From Octopus sinensis (taxonomy: Eukaryota): 64,000 nt of DNA. The stretch is from contig NW_021831853.1 of assembly GCF_006345805.1 (NCBI RefSeq), positions 14,436 through 78,435 of the forward strand, given 5' to 3'. Every line of letters starts with the position of its first letter. Within the stretch, counting starts at the first letter, position 1. Below are positions 12,288 to 26,824 of this stretch, in pieces. Under the pieces are notes generated by a model that saw nothing but the letters and a program-made list of their open reading frames with translations, was not told where the DNA came from and searched no databases. A program made the translations under genes and the position numbers.

Positions 12288-12528
12288 CATATTCTGTTGT
12301 GCCTGGGGAGAGTAATTTTCTTCTTGTGCCTTATAATGTAAACACATTCACCGGTAAAATTTCCACTTGTTTCTTATTTTTATTTTCCTAAGATATTGAA
12401 AAGGTTGCAAGATGCAACGAAAATTTTAGGAAAATAAAAATAAGAAATAAGTGGAAATTTTACCGGTGAGTGTGTTACATTATAAGGCACAAAAAGAAAA
12501 TCACCCTTCCCAGACACAACATAATATG
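12288..12528. mobile_element. Fold-back element, ~107-bp inverted arms with 28-bp spacer
   Basis: 12288-12394 is the reverse complement of 12423-12528 (e.g. tcaccggtaaaatttccactt / aagtggaaattttaccggtga). Confidence 0.85.
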
Positions 12529-12592
12529 ATATTGTGACAAACAAAAAAGCTAGTTCTAAAATCTCTCTAAGAGATGAACGCAATAGTTGCAC

Positions 12593-12760
12593 TAGCAAGT
12601 AATATTCGTAACATGGCCGTTCCGTTCGAACGGACTTTACAACGATTTTTTTAACCCCAAGAGGACATCTCCTCTAGCTGGTTAACGATGGGGTTAAAAA
12701 ATCGCAGTAAAGACGTTCGAACGGAACGACCATGTTGAAGTGGCTACGAATATTATGCTA
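12593..12760. mobile_element. Palindromic MITE-like element
   Basis: aacatggccgttccgttcgaacg..aacccca versus tggggtt..cgttcgaacggaacgaccatgtt, extended by aatattcgta/tacgaatatt. Confidence 0.8.
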
Positions 12761-13041
12761 TTGCGTCTATCTTAAAATGCATCATTTTTATTACGTTAAA
12801 CGTTTGTCAGTGATAGTTGTGTTTATTTATATATCATCATCACTGCCGTTGCCGCTGCCGCCACGCTACATGTACGCATATATGCAGAAAGAAAGCTCTC
12901 AAGTTGTATTTTCCGGATACCTACTTGAGTATTAGTGACCAGGTTCCGGTCAGCACTCGATCCCTTTCCAACTCACATAAAATATGCTTTCTTTACTGCG
13001 GTTTTTACTTCCGCTTCTACCATACCGCTATGATGATGATG

Positions 13042-13150
<109 letters not shown>

Positions 13151-13219
13151 TGATGATGATGATGATGATAATAATAATAATAATAATAATAATTATAATA
13201 ATAATAATAATGGTGATGG

Positions 13220-13256
<37 letters not shown>

Positions 13257-13430
13257 AATTTTATTATTACTATTTACTTATCTCTTAACTTTAGCAGAAG
13301 GTCAGCAATTTTACGGGGAAAGGTTAGTGGATCACATCGACCCTTGTACTTGAGTAGCGCTATATATTAGCGACCTTATTATTAGTGTACCATCCCAATC
13401 TTTTATATGAAACCTCAATGATTGACAAAA

Positions 13431-13472
<42 letters not shown>

Positions 13473-13720
13473 AAGGATTAAGTTAACTCCTCCAGAAGAT
13501 ATAAAGCCAAAATTAAACGAAGAGTGCCGTTGTCATCTTTTAATTTTGACTCTATATCTTCTGGAAAGGTAACCTCAATCCTTTATATATTAAACAAAAT
13601 GAAGTAGGGTGACAAAATTATTTTTTGAATCTATTGAAGACACACAAGATGTCGAAATATCGCTTAGCAGATGACAATGGCACTCTTCTTTTAATTTTTA
13701 CTCAATTATTATTATTATTA

Positions 13721-13762
<42 letters not shown>

Positions 13763-13929
13763 TCCTTCTTTCTTCAAATTTTCTTCCATTTCTCGCTGAA
13801 TGTTTTACGTACACTAAGGGCAGAGATGTGCATTGTATACATTCCCAAATTACACACGCAAATTCACAGGTAAAATATGTATTTTAAAAAATTAATAAAT
13901 AAATGAATTCATGAATGGATGTTGTTTTC

Positions 13930-14550
13930 ACAGCGATAATGCTCTTCTCAGTACATGAGTCGTTCCAGTTAACACGATTTTTTTGCACTTCCTGTAGGGA
14001 TGGTAAGCCTGGTATCATTTTCAAATAGGTTTCAGTACCTTTTTTTTTTATCATTCCTAGAGATCCTACAATCACTGCTACTGTAGGCGTCTTGAGATGC
14101 CACATTTTTTCAATTTCTATTAGCAAGTCTTTATATTTACTAATCTTGTCAAATTCTTTCGCCGCTATATTGTGATCGCAAGGAATACTCATGTCAATTA
14201 GTAAACACATCCTTTTTATCTGATCTTTTATGATAATATCCGGTTTATTAGCTTTTATAGTTTTGTCGGTTTGTACGGGGAAGTCCCATAGAATCGACAC
14301 ATTTTCTCCCTCAGTTACAGCTTCAGGATGGTGTTTATACCATTTGTCAGCGGTTTTGATTTTATAATGCCGACATATTGTCCAGTGTAAATACTGGCCG
14401 ATTCTGTCATGTCTTGCTTTATATTCTACGGGTGCTAAGACTCTACACCCTGAGATTAGGTGGTCTATAGTTTCAATCTCATCGTTACAGAATCGGTATT
14501 TTGGGTCAGCTCCATTTTTTATCACATTGGCTTGGTAGTTCCGGCTTAAA
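13930..14550 (-). mobile_element. R4/Dong-type LINE C-terminus (zinc knuckle + RLE endonuclease)
   Basis: ORF 13884-14525: KYRFCNDEIETIDHLISGC..RHD..ILWDFPVQTDKTIKANKPDIIIKD..LIDMSIP..KISKYKDL; frameshift near the end. Confidence 0.9.
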
Positions 14551-14604
14551 AAATATACGGAAGAAAAATCCAGGTAGAAAATACTAAAATAATTTTATAA
14601 AAAA

Positions 14605-14648
14605 CATTTCAGTACCGGTTTCAGTCATTGAGACTTTTCAACTGTAAG
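14605..14648 (-). ncRNA. Decayed type-I hammerhead ribozyme motif (helix III ACCGGT)
   Basis: cag-TTGAAAA-gtctcaatgact-GAAA-CCGGT-A-ctg; core deviates from CUGANGA at two positions. Confidence 0.45.
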
Positions 14649-14799
14649 TATGGAAAACAATTAAATTTTGGAAAAATTAAAAGAAAAGTTTTTTAAAAGA
14701 ATATTTGCATAGTGTTCAAATACAAGGGGCATTTTCCTTGTTTCTGTCCGTTTGTTTACTCTTGTGGGGTCGAGGTCGTTATGAATTCTTGGTAGGGAA

Positions 14800-15000
14800 G
14801 GAGGAGGAGGAGGAGAAGTCGAAGAAGAAGAAGAAGAAGAAGAAGAAGAAGAAGAAGAAGAGAAGAAGAAGAAGAAGAACAAGAACAAGAAGAAGAAGAA
14901 GAAGAAGAAGAAGAAGAACAAGAACAAGAACAAGAACAAGAAGAACAAGAACAAGAAGAACAAGATCAAGAACAAGAACAAGAACAAGAACAAGAAGAAT
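14800..15000. repeat. (GAG)/(GAA)/(GAACAA) compound microsatellite
   Basis: Direct reading. Confidence 0.95.
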
Positions 15001-15113
15001 GCGAGAGTGCCATGATAGTGGTATGTTAAATGGTCATGTGCCCTAAAATTGACCCGTTGTGGATGAAAGTAGTGATTGAATTCCTGAATATATATATTGA
15101 ATATATATATATT

Positions 15114-15600
<487 letters not shown>

Positions 15601-15897
15601 ATATATATATATATATATATATATATCTACAATATATACATGTACTATTTGGGGATATTTACATATTTATATCTTGAAATAAATGCTACTTGTCAAAGAC
15701 AGACTTTTCATCAAAGCCCGAATGTATACCAAGTATTTGCGTTCGGCTTAATCAGCTTTCGATGACTTTGATCGCGATATCAATAGTATCTTAACCTACC
15801 CATAAATATTCCTAAAACTCAGCCGAAAATCAATTTCAAACTTCAGCATTGCCCTATAAATTCTCATTTGTCTTTCAACTTAATCCTCAAGCTACAA

Positions 15898-15935
<38 letters not shown>

Positions 15936-15948
15936 TATATATATAGAG

Positions 15949-15987
<39 letters not shown>

Positions 15988-16384
15988 TATGTATTTGTAC
16001 AAAATTATCAATTTAAGTCTTCATATAACCTTTAACCTTCGGAAACCTTCTCGACAACATAAAGATATAAAAGGCTCAGTTCATTGGATATCATATGAGG
16101 GAAGAGAAAATGTCTTGAGTGCTTAGAGAGAACTAGAAAAAGAAAAGATGAAACCAGCGAAGACAGGGATAAGACATGCAATGGTTTTACTAGCCGATTT
16201 CAGTAAGACTTATTCAATAACGTACTATGATGTGTATAAAACAAAAGAGTATAGAGGTCCGAGATCATTAACGCGTGTAGGCATAACGCATAAACTTCTT
16301 TAAACAGTGCTGAAATGTACTGTTGACATTCAACGTGCGCTCTTTTACTAATTCCATTAACTTGTCCAACATATACCATACTTC

Positions 16385-16562
16385 TTAGCATATAAGATGC
16401 ATTTCCCTCCTCAAAGTGTCTCAAAACACCACCCTGGGTCCTGTATGTGAAGTTAGGTCTTCCATAATGTTTACTGCACTAAAACATATTTTTGTGAATA
16501 TGCGCCGCTGAAATTGAGATACGCCTAACATGCCAGTGCGTCTTTTATGCCACCAAGAGGTA
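16385..16562. mobile_element. pogo-like MITE relic (same family as 42315-42515)
   Basis: gcatataagatgca..aatatgcgccgctgaaattg..gcgtcttttatgccacc shared with the 42.3 kb copy. Confidence 0.55.
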
Positions 16563-17969
16563 AGTTTTGGACCGGTTAAAGCTCATAAAACTTCACGTAT
16601 TTGGCAAAAGCATGACCGTCTGAAGACCCGAGACCCATTTCATCCTCCCACTTTCATTATAAATACTGTGAAATTATGCCTGGGTAAGAAATCAATACAT
16701 CTGTCAATAAATCAATCTATACAACTTTCAATATAAAATCTTCAGACAACTCAAGCTGGCAGGCGATCAACATTCTCCCCACCGCACCTCTCCCTCCACC
16801 CCCGCTATGATTGTAAGCTTAATGCAATGAGATTGCATTTTCCCCATCACACGTCCTTATATGCTTTGATCGAACCTGCTTCGTTCGGGAAGACATCAAA
16901 CACACAACCGCAGCAGAGTACATGCATCGCTATTATTCGTTACACAACAGCTAAACGACTGCTATTTTAAGGTTTAATTTAGCGAAAGTTCTTTTGCTTC
17001 CTTCGTGGTGACGGAGAAGTGGAGATGTGGGGCACATGCTGAGCGGGTGTGGGGTGGGGGTTAGGTAGGTTGTAGTTGGGTGGTGGTGGGGGGGGGGCAT
17101 TTTTACGGAACGGAACTCTTGAGATTGATGTAAAAAGACTGCAGAATTTTAGAATAATTAAATCATTTCATGTTTGTATAGAAAAGGATATTGTTGGACA
17201 GAAGAGGGAAAGAGGAATGAATATAAACAAAAAAGAATCATATGAATATATATATATATATAGGTGTGTGTGTGTGTATGTGTGTGCGCGTATGTGTGTG
17301 TATGTGTATGTTTGTATGTGTAATTGTATGCACGCATGTATAATATAAAAGAAATGAAAGGAACTCTGTAGATTGGAAAGGAAACAAAAGATGTATCAGA
17401 TGAAGAAGGAATTCATACAAAGACACGTGTGTGTGTATGTGTGTGTGGGTGCGTGTGCTTGTGTGTGTGTGTGTGTCAAACGAGTAACGGGAGGAGATAG
17501 ACGTCGAGTAGTAGGATGGACTTACAGAGAATAGATAGAATACAAGACAGAAAGGATGAGCGAGTGTATAGACACAAGGAATGAAGTACGACGGTGATCA
17601 AAGACGGAATATAGAAGGTATATACATACATACATACATACATACATACATACATACATACATACATACATACAAACAAATATGCATGCACACATGCATA
17701 TATATATATGTATGGTATGTTTACATGTATGTATATGTAATGTATGTATATACATACATACATATATAGATATATATATTATATATATATATATAATATA
17801 TATATATATACATATATGCATGGCTGTATGTATTATGTATGGTATGTAAAGTCTGTAATGTACGTGCGTTTTCATATATGGATATATGTATATATGTGAG
17901 TGTATGCATATATAAATGTGTAAGTACATGTATATGTATGTACGTACGTATGTATAGACACATGTGTAT

Positions 17970-18008
<39 letters not shown>

Positions 18009-18142
18009 GTGTGTGTGTGTGTGTGTGTGTAGGTACGTACGTATGTATGCATATGGTTAGTTGGGTAGGTAAGGAGGAGGTGTGATTGAAGAAGGACGAT
18101 AGAATTGAGCGACCGACGGAAGACTGCAACAGAGGCAGAAAC

Positions 18143-18181
<39 letters not shown>

Positions 18182-18555
18182 GACAGACAGAAAAGCATGG
18201 AAGAATAGAGATTGTTAAGAAATGGTAGTGGTGGGTGGGTGGGAAAAGGAATCTCGCCAAAGAATGGTCTGTAGATTGGAAGATATGTTGAATCAAAGAC
18301 AGAGAACAAAACTAAGGATATTGTGATGGAAAGAAAAACATGTAAAAGAGCAGATTAAACACTTACAAAAGGAACGGAGATGGGTGAGGGTGGTAGGAGG
18401 ACGGGAGGGAGGAGAGGGGAGAGAAGAGAGAAGAGAGATGACATGAAAGGAAAGAAAGCAACAAAGAAGGAGACAAAGAAACAATAAGACAGGACAACAT
18501 ATGAATGTACGTATGTATGCATATATGTCTATGTATATATATCTATATATATATT

Positions 18556-18588
<33 letters not shown>

Positions 18589-18827
18589 TACATATACACG
18601 TAATAAATATATTACATATATAAATATACATATACACGTGTATAAATCTATACATATATACATATATAATTTCATATTAACATATATAAATTACTACGTA
18701 TATATAATATATATATATATATTATATAACATACATTGCAACAAAAATGTAATATTATACGTTTACATAAGTATACCATCACACACATCTTACATGTATA
18801 TTATACATATCATATACATATATTATA

Positions 18828-18891
<64 letters not shown>

Positions 18892-19501
18892 TCATAGATA
18901 CATGCACACACACACACACACAAAGGAAAAGGCAAATGATAAAACCAAAAAGGAAGACAAGAACAGCAACAACAACAACAACGACAGCAACAACAAATGA
19001 AGATCGTAAAGGGATGATATGTGAGAGTGAGATGGAAAGAGGGAGAAGGGGGGCTTCGAGAGAGAGCGCAAAGGGGGGGGGGGAGAAACAGAAGACGGAC
19101 AGCGAGAATGAAAGTAAAAGGAAAGAAGAATGGCTAGTGTCGGTGGTGATGGGATGAGTAAGACATATAAAGGGAAAAGAAAAAGGAAACGGAAGTGAAG
19201 TTTTAATGAAAAAGACAGAAAAGAAAAGAAAAAAGAAGTGTGTGTAGGGGGAGATGCGCCGGAAGTAGTGGTTATTCAACATATGAGGGAGAGACCAATA
19301 GTTTTGTCTGGCGATTTAGAGTGAGGTGGTTCCTTTTCATGTGTCTTTACGGATAATGACAGGACTTGGGGAAAACGGCGAACAGCGAAAGGAAATTTCA
19401 TTAAGGGACTTTGTCTGTCGTTTGTCTTCTCAAATATGGATGGAGTAAGAAGAAGATGGGGGGGGAGAAGAAGTAGGAGGAGGAAGACGAGGAAGAGGGG
19501 A

Positions 19502-19551
<50 letters not shown>

Positions 19552-19566
19552 ATAATATAATAATAA

Positions 19567-19626
<60 letters not shown>

Positions 19627-19899
19627 AAGAACAAGAACAAGAACAACAACAACAACAGCAGCAGCAGCAGAAGCAGCAACAAGGCCGAGAAAAACAACAA
19701 CAATTACAACAATATGAAATACAACATCTTAGGTGCAGGTCTGTCATGAACCGAAGGAAGAATCTTTATACGGCCACCACAGAACCCGATTTACATGGTG
19801 GCTGGAACTGTGTGAAAGCCTTTGGAGGGATCGTTTCTGTTCTTGGGTGAATTGATCCGTCATCCTGCTTAATACTGCCTCCTAATACTTTGAGGACCC

Positions 19900-20137
19900 T
19901 TAGTCTAAGGTCTGTTACAGCACTCCCCATCTCCTGAACTGGGTGCCAGTCTGTCGCATTGTTAACTTCCCAGCAATTACAGAAATCCATTCGCAGCTGA
20001 TTGGATCGAAACAATGTGAAATGAAATGTTTTTACTTCAAGAACACAGTACAACACACCGACGCAGTCCAGGAATCGAAACCACGACCGTACAATATTGA
20101 GTACAACACCCTAAACCACTTGGCCACGCGCCTGCAC
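19900..20137 (-). mobile_element. SINE, tRNA head + body P + Y-like tail (decayed)
   Basis: caggaatcgaaaccacgacc..ccacttggccacgcgcc head; gcgacagactggcacccagttcagg tail. Confidence 0.7.
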
Positions 20138-20387
20138 TAAAACACTACAAAAAACATAAGCAAAGGAAACAAGAAGGAAAGCGAACGAAATCCTTTCTCC
20201 CCGTTCGCCCCCTCCACACATTCACATAAACCACACTGCATCATACTTACACACATTACATCAAACAGCATCCGCTACATCACATTAGCACCAAGAAAAC
20301 AGCAGTACATCATGTCTTCCCTAAAGCATCTTTCACCTCTCTTCGCAGCAAACTTCTCTCCTTTACTTTTTGTTAAACAGTCTTTCT

Positions 20388-20426
<39 letters not shown>

Positions 20427-20428
20427 CC

Positions 20429-20471
<43 letters not shown>

Positions 20472-20485
20472 CTCATTCTCTGTCT

Positions 20486-20728
20486 CTTTTACTCTTTTAA
20501 TTGTTTCAGTCATTTGATTGTGGCCATGCAGGAGCACCGCTTTTAGTCGAGCGAATCGACCCCGGGACTTATTCTTTGTAAGCCTAGTACTTATTCTATC
20601 GGTCTCTTTTGCCGAACCGCTAAATTACGGGGACGTAAACACACCAGCATCGCTTGTCAAGCGTTGTTGGGCGGACAAACACAGACACACAAACACACAC
20701 ACACACACACACACCACACACAAACACG

Positions 20729-20771
<43 letters not shown>

Positions 20772-20982
20772 TTATATATACACACACATATACATATATA
20801 TATATATAAACATATATACGATAGGCTTCTTTCAGTTTCCGTCTACCAAATCCACTCACAAGGCTTTGGTCGACCCGAGGCTTTAGTAGAAGGCACCTGC
20901 CCAAGGTGCCACGCAGTGGGACTGAACCCGGAGCCATGTGGTTGGTAAGCAAGCTACTTACCATACAGCCACTCCTACGCCT
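20486..20982 (-). mobile_element. SINE family A, full length with expanded CA/TA linker
   Basis: Head aggcgtaggagtggctgtatggtaag, linker 20685-20818, tail gcatggccacaatcaaatgactgaaacaa. Confidence 0.92.
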
Positions 20983-21352
20983 CCTTTCTTTCCTTCTATC
21001 TTCCCTTCTTTCTTTTCTTATTCTTTGCTGATCGCTTTTTTATGCCTCTGTGTCGTCTTCCTTCTTCATCTTCATGTTTTTCTTCTTCGTCACCACCCCC
21101 TTTTTTTCTTCATCGTTTCGTCATCATATTTTTCATCTTTTTCATCTACGTTTTCATCTCTTCCTTTTATTATTCATCTTCATCTTCTTCATCTCTCCTC
21201 CATCTTTTTTCCTCCTTCATCACAGTCGTTGCCGCCGCCCTCCTCCTCCTCCTCCTCCTCCTCCTCCTCCTCTTCATTATTATTCATAGTCATCATCATT
21301 TTCTTAGTCATCTTCACTTTATCTTATATTTTTATTCATATTCATATTCAAG

Positions 21353-21412
<60 letters not shown>

Positions 21413-21447
21413 TATTATTATTATCATTATCATTATTAGTATTATTA

Positions 21448-21479
<32 letters not shown>

Positions 21480-21997
21480 TTCATCATTATCATCATCATC
21501 ATCATCATCATCATTATTATTCATCTATCTCCTCCATAAAACCAAATATTGATAACAGAAACGAAAAAAAAAAGGAAAAGATCAGGTAGGAAGAGAAAGA
21601 AAGTGAGAAGTGTGTGAGGGGGTGCGTGAGGGAGAGAGAGAGAGAGAGAGAGGAACGGGTGGGGGAATAGAATGCGACTGGAAATAAAAATACCCGGATG
21701 TAGTGATGGCCAATAGGACAGAAAATTCATAAAAGATTATTTAATTTCTTGTTCTTAAAAAAACCACTCAAGATCTATTTATATTTTGTCTTGCCTTTGA
21801 TTGCTCATGTTCTTCTCTTGTGGTTGTTAGTGTTGTTGTTATTGTTGTTGTTGTTGTTATTGTTGTTGTTGTTGTTGATGCTGCTGCTGCTGTTGTTATC
21901 GTCGTCGCAGTTGTTACAGTTATTGTTGCTAATGCTTCTCCTATTATTATTTTTCTTGTTCTTGTTTTAATACTGTTTGTATTTTTATTGCTATTGC

Positions 21998-22028
<31 letters not shown>

Positions 22029-22055
22029 GTTATTATTATTATTATTATTATTGTT

Positions 22056-22089
<34 letters not shown>

Positions 22090-22758
22090 GTGTCCGTCTA
22101 TGCATTCATGTGATGTGAGTTCTCTGGTAGTTAGTGCCGCTTCCTGTCGTTGTTTGTTGTTATTCTTGTTGTTTTTAACATCGTGGATGCTGCAGCTGTT
22201 GTTTTCGTTGTTGTTGTTGTTGTTGCGGTCTAGTTGCCGTTGCCTCTTTTTTGATATTTGTTTGTCCGTTATAACGAATCGTGCTGATGATGTTGATATC
22301 GTCGTCGTCGTCACTGTTATTAATGTTATTGTTATTGTTGCTGCCGTTGTCGCTTTTGTTCATCGAGTTCCTGTACATGCATCGACTCCATGATATTTCT
22401 CCTTCGGTACGTCTGTACACGTTTTATTTTCTTCTTATCATTATTGTTATTATTGCTGTTGGTGTTGTTTATGTTATTGTTGTTAAAGACATTCTCCTTT
22501 TGGTTTCACTTGCTGCTGTTAGTCTTTTAACTGTATGATTATAATAACGACGGCAAAAACAAAGCAAATTGTTTCTGATTTAAGTACAAGGCCAGACAGG
22601 AGAGACAGGGGAGGAGAAAGTCGACCCAGTTCTTCACTGGCACTTTATTTTCTCGACCCTAGAGGAATAAAAGACAAATTTAAACTCAGAAGGTAAAATA
22701 CCGGAAGAAAAACTACTATACAATTTTTCGACACTCGAGCGATTTGCCCGCTTGTTGC

Positions 22759-22800
<42 letters not shown>

Positions 22801-22890
22801 TAATAATAATAATAACTTTGCCCTAGGAGTCGGGAAGACACTCGGCAAGAAATGGAAGCACATTTGAAAGAAGAAAAAAAAAGTAATAAA

Positions 22891-22989
<99 letters not shown>

Positions 22990-23289
22990 AAAATGCTACT
23001 GTTACTACTACACATAATTACAATAATACCAGTGATATCAGTAATAATAATAATAATAATAATGAAAGGAAACGGGTGGAGTCTCCTTGTGGCTAATAAT
23101 GATACATCTAGAGATGGTATCACAATAAAATCACTGGTAATTGCGCAACCTGATAATCGCTACCTCATATGAATGACAAAATATTGTGAATAACGGTGGT
23201 AATGAAACCAATGCTGGTGACAGTGTTGCATCCGGTTGGCTCAGAGATTCTGGTCCGGCTCCAGCCTGTCAATATCCACACGGCGTAGA

Positions 23290-24620
23290 TAGAGCAAGCA
23301 AATTAATGCTGTGGTCATGGAGTACCTGAGCAGTTGATGAAAATGGTGCTCAAATTAGGGGTTACCGACAACGTATGTATGATCATTTGAGAGAAAAGGG
23401 ATTGTTTCAACTCACGAACAGAGACTATGTGATCAAGCTAGAGCATTAAGAAAAAAATGTTGGTTCACAGAACATGGAGCTTGAAGCTATCAATAGACGG
23501 GTTATGGACAATAACAACATAGATAAGAATGAAAATACATTTCTTACTAATTCGAGTAATCTCATAGCACAGGAAAGGAGCAGTGGTAGTTTACTTGATG
23601 AGAGACATATAGATGGTCTAAAAGAAGACGATAAAGCTAATAGCGACATGACAGATTAACAAAAGGCAATCTACGACAGAATAAACGTAAGACTACAGGA
23701 GAAAGATAGCGACATTATTTGCAACCTTAAAAAGGTTGATCGATGAAGATTGAACTAAGAAACGAAAAATGTCAATGAAATTCTGAAATACACCAGAACA
23801 AACAACATCACAGAAACAAATAATTTGATCAGGGCAGCAAGTATTGCTGTAGCGGAAAATCTGGGTGTCGATGTCAAGAAACAGAAACACAATGAGAGTG
23901 ACAAAAGAAAAGATCCATGGTTGTAAAGAAGAATCCAGGGAGGGCTAGACATGCTCGCGAAGGAAATCTCTGTATTAGACCGAAAAGAGAAAGGGGAGCT
24001 TAAAAGCGAACAAAAATACAGGGCGCTGAAAAGGAAGTATAATATTGAATGAAAGGGCCTGAAAGTAGTAGTGGAGGAATTGAAACAGTACCTCGTTGCA
24101 AAGAAAGCAAAGATGGTAAGATACGACCAAAGAATGAAGGATTACCACCAGAATAGGTTATTCGGAGTAGATCAGAAGAGATTCTATAAAGAAATAAATG
24201 GAGAGTGTACAGATGAAAAGTTGATACCAGATAACATTGAAAGTCACAGGTTTTGGAGTGACATCTGGAGCAAAGACAAGGAGCACAAGAAGGATGCTGA
24301 ATGGTTGAAAGAACTGAAACAAACAGTAGTCTGTCCAAAACAGGCAGAACTAGTCATTTTAGTTAGGGAAGTGAAGGAAATCAGCAAAAAAATTAGCAAC
24401 TGGAAGGCCCCGGGACCAGATGGTGTTCAAGGCTACAGGATCATAAGATTTGGTGAATGTCATGCACGAATAGCTGCGCAACTCAACACCTTGTTAAATG
24501 CCGACCAAGTAATACCGGAGTGGTGGACATTGGGTAGGACAGTGCTGTGCTTAAAAAAAACATCGAAAAAGGCAATACAGTAGACAATTACAAGCAGATA
24601 TCCTAATTGACTGGAATACT
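23290..24620 (+). mobile_element. R4/Dong-type LINE, N-terminal region and start of RT
   Basis: IRGYRQRMYDH..EQRLCDQARA; ORF 24071-24583 QNRLFGVDQKRFYKEING..FWSDIWS..SNWKAPGPDGVQGY..GRTVL; NYKQIS..LTGIL. Confidence 0.85.
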
Positions 24621-24622
24621 CA

Positions 24623-25022
24623 CAGTGTTATCATGCATATTGTTTTGTATTGGTATAAAGGATGGGCTACAGTTGAGTTTGTCCCTTAGTGGCTGATGAT
24701 ATGTGCATCTCTGATCACAAGCAGTAGTGGGGAAGTATCATAGCCATGCGTTGATAGGAATTCTTTGGGGTATTGGATAATTCACCTCTGGAAACTTGGG
24801 TGCTTCTTTCAACATCCTTAAACAACACTTATTCAGGGACCTTTTGAGCGGGATGGGCTGAAGAAACTTCTAACTGGGTCCCACAAGCAAGGTTATACGC
24901 TGTTTATCTTGATATGAGGTCACCATGTTGCGCACATACGGTTGTGATGCATGTGCCTAGTGTACCCTTATCAGACGGGCTTCGTATATTTTATCCCAGT
25001 GTCACTTAGGCGGCATACATTC
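24623..25022 (+). mobile_element. Non-coding (TAA)n-tailed element, partial copy fused to the LINE RT
   Basis: Reverse-complement homolog of 38683-39240; ends in (TAA)n 25023-25079. Confidence 0.7.
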
Positions 25023-25077
<55 letters not shown>

Positions 25078-25079
<2 letters not shown>

Positions 25080-25600
25080 TTGGACACAAGGCCAGCAGTT
25101 TTGGAGGAGGTTTAAGTCGATTACATTGACTCTAGTGCTCGACTGGTACTTATTTAATCAACTCCGAAAGGATGAAAGGGGCAAAGTCGACCTCGGCGGC
25201 ATTTAAACTCAGATCGTAAAGAGAGACGAAATACCGCTAAGCATTTCGCCTGGCGTGCTAACGTTTCTTATTTCTTTATTGCCCACAAGGAGCTAAACAT
25301 AGAGGGGACAAACAAGAACAGACAAAGGGATTAAGTCAATTACATCGATCCCAGCGCATTTCTACTTGCTTGCTAACGATTTTGCCAGCTCACAATAATG
25401 GCTTTTAATTTTGGCACAATGCCAGCAACTTTAGGGAAAGTCGATTACATCGACCCCAGTACTAAACTGGTTCTATTTTATCGACCACGAAAGGATGAAA
25501 AGCAACAGTTGGCCTCGGCAAAATTTGAACTAAGAGCGTAAAGAACCGGAAGAAATGCCGTTAAACATTTTGTCCGACGCGCTCAAGATTCTACTTGTTC
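25078..25600 (-). mobile_element. Three stacked SINE family B copies or fragments
   Basis: Repeated aagtcgattacat..gaaaggatgaaa..gtcgacctcggc cores. Confidence 0.8.
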
Positions 25601-25639
25601 TCCCCGCAAATAATAATCACTACACAGAAGGAGAATACA

Positions 25640-25960
25640 ATAAAGACTTCGAGTGGCATAGGGTTGAAGTTTTTCACAAAGGAGTCAACAATAAAAAAAA
25701 ACGAAAAAACAACAACATATATTGCACAAATCGATCGAGAATATTGGAGAACAGTCTTGTGATCCGCAAACAAGCAAGAGGGAACCAGCTAGCAAAACTG
25801 CATTTTAAATTTTGTAATCAAAGCAACCGATAACCTTTCTATATATATCCTCCCTACTTCTTTTTCTCTGAAGAAGGACTATATTCGAAACGTTAAAATT
25901 CCTTTACTTCTCACAGGGCGAAGTAAATCATTGAACTCTTCTATAGCATCTCTTATAGAT
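25640..25960 (+). mobile_element. Possible Penelope-like GIY-YIG C-terminus and pLTR relic
   Basis: FEWHRVEVFHKGVNNKKKRK.. loosely resembles the PLE endonuclease end; followed by a hammerhead motif. Confidence 0.4.
25864..25898 (+). ncRNA. Minimal type-I hammerhead motif (helix III ACGT)
   Basis: CTGAAGA-a-gga-ctata-ttc-GAAA-CGT-T; helix I weak (ttct/aaaa with one mismatch). Confidence 0.55.
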
Positions 25961-26167
25961 TCATTTTCATGAAGGCGGACAAGTTTCCACGAATTCCTGA
26001 ATTAACAGGATTATATTAATCTTCTTTATCCGTGTGTCCTCGTCTGTTTATTTATTTATTTATTTATTTATTCTGTGTATGTTCTGCTATCTAGTGGTGG
26101 TGTAATAGAAGTAGTACTGCTGTTGAATGTAATAATACTGGCAGCAGCAGCAGCAGCAGCAACAGCG

Positions 26168-26227
<60 letters not shown>

Positions 26228-26783
26228 TGGTGGTGGTGGTGGTAGTAGTTAGTAGTAGTGGTGGTGGTGGTGGTATCGGTGGTTTGGTAGCGGTGGTGGT
26301 GGTGGTAGTGGCAGTGGTGGTGGTAGCGGTGGTGGTGGTGGTGGTGGTTGTGGTGGTGGTGGTGGTTGTGGCGACGGGGGCGGCGGTGGTGATGATTGTA
26401 ATAGAACTAGTGGTAGTATGTAATGTCCTGCATGTTTTTTTTAATAGTAACTGTGACAAAATTGATAGTGATGATAATGGTAACAATGGCGGTGATGGTG
26501 GTGGTGATGGCGGCGGTAGTTACGCTGCTGGAACCAGCAGTGAAGTGGGGGGGGTGAGGGTGGAATGCTGGGTTGAAGTTTGTTGAAGTGGTAATGTCTG
26601 GGATGGTTGTGAACATATTGGGTGGGTAGGGTGTCTATTTCACAGAGGAGGTAGTAGTAGTAGTAGTAGTAGTAGTAGCAGCAGCAGCAGCAGTGGTAAA
26701 AGTAGTAGTAGTAGTAGTGGTAGTAGCAGCAGCAATAGCAGTATTGTTGTTGTTGTTGTTATTATTATTATTATTATTATTAT

Positions 26784-26824
<41 letters not shown>

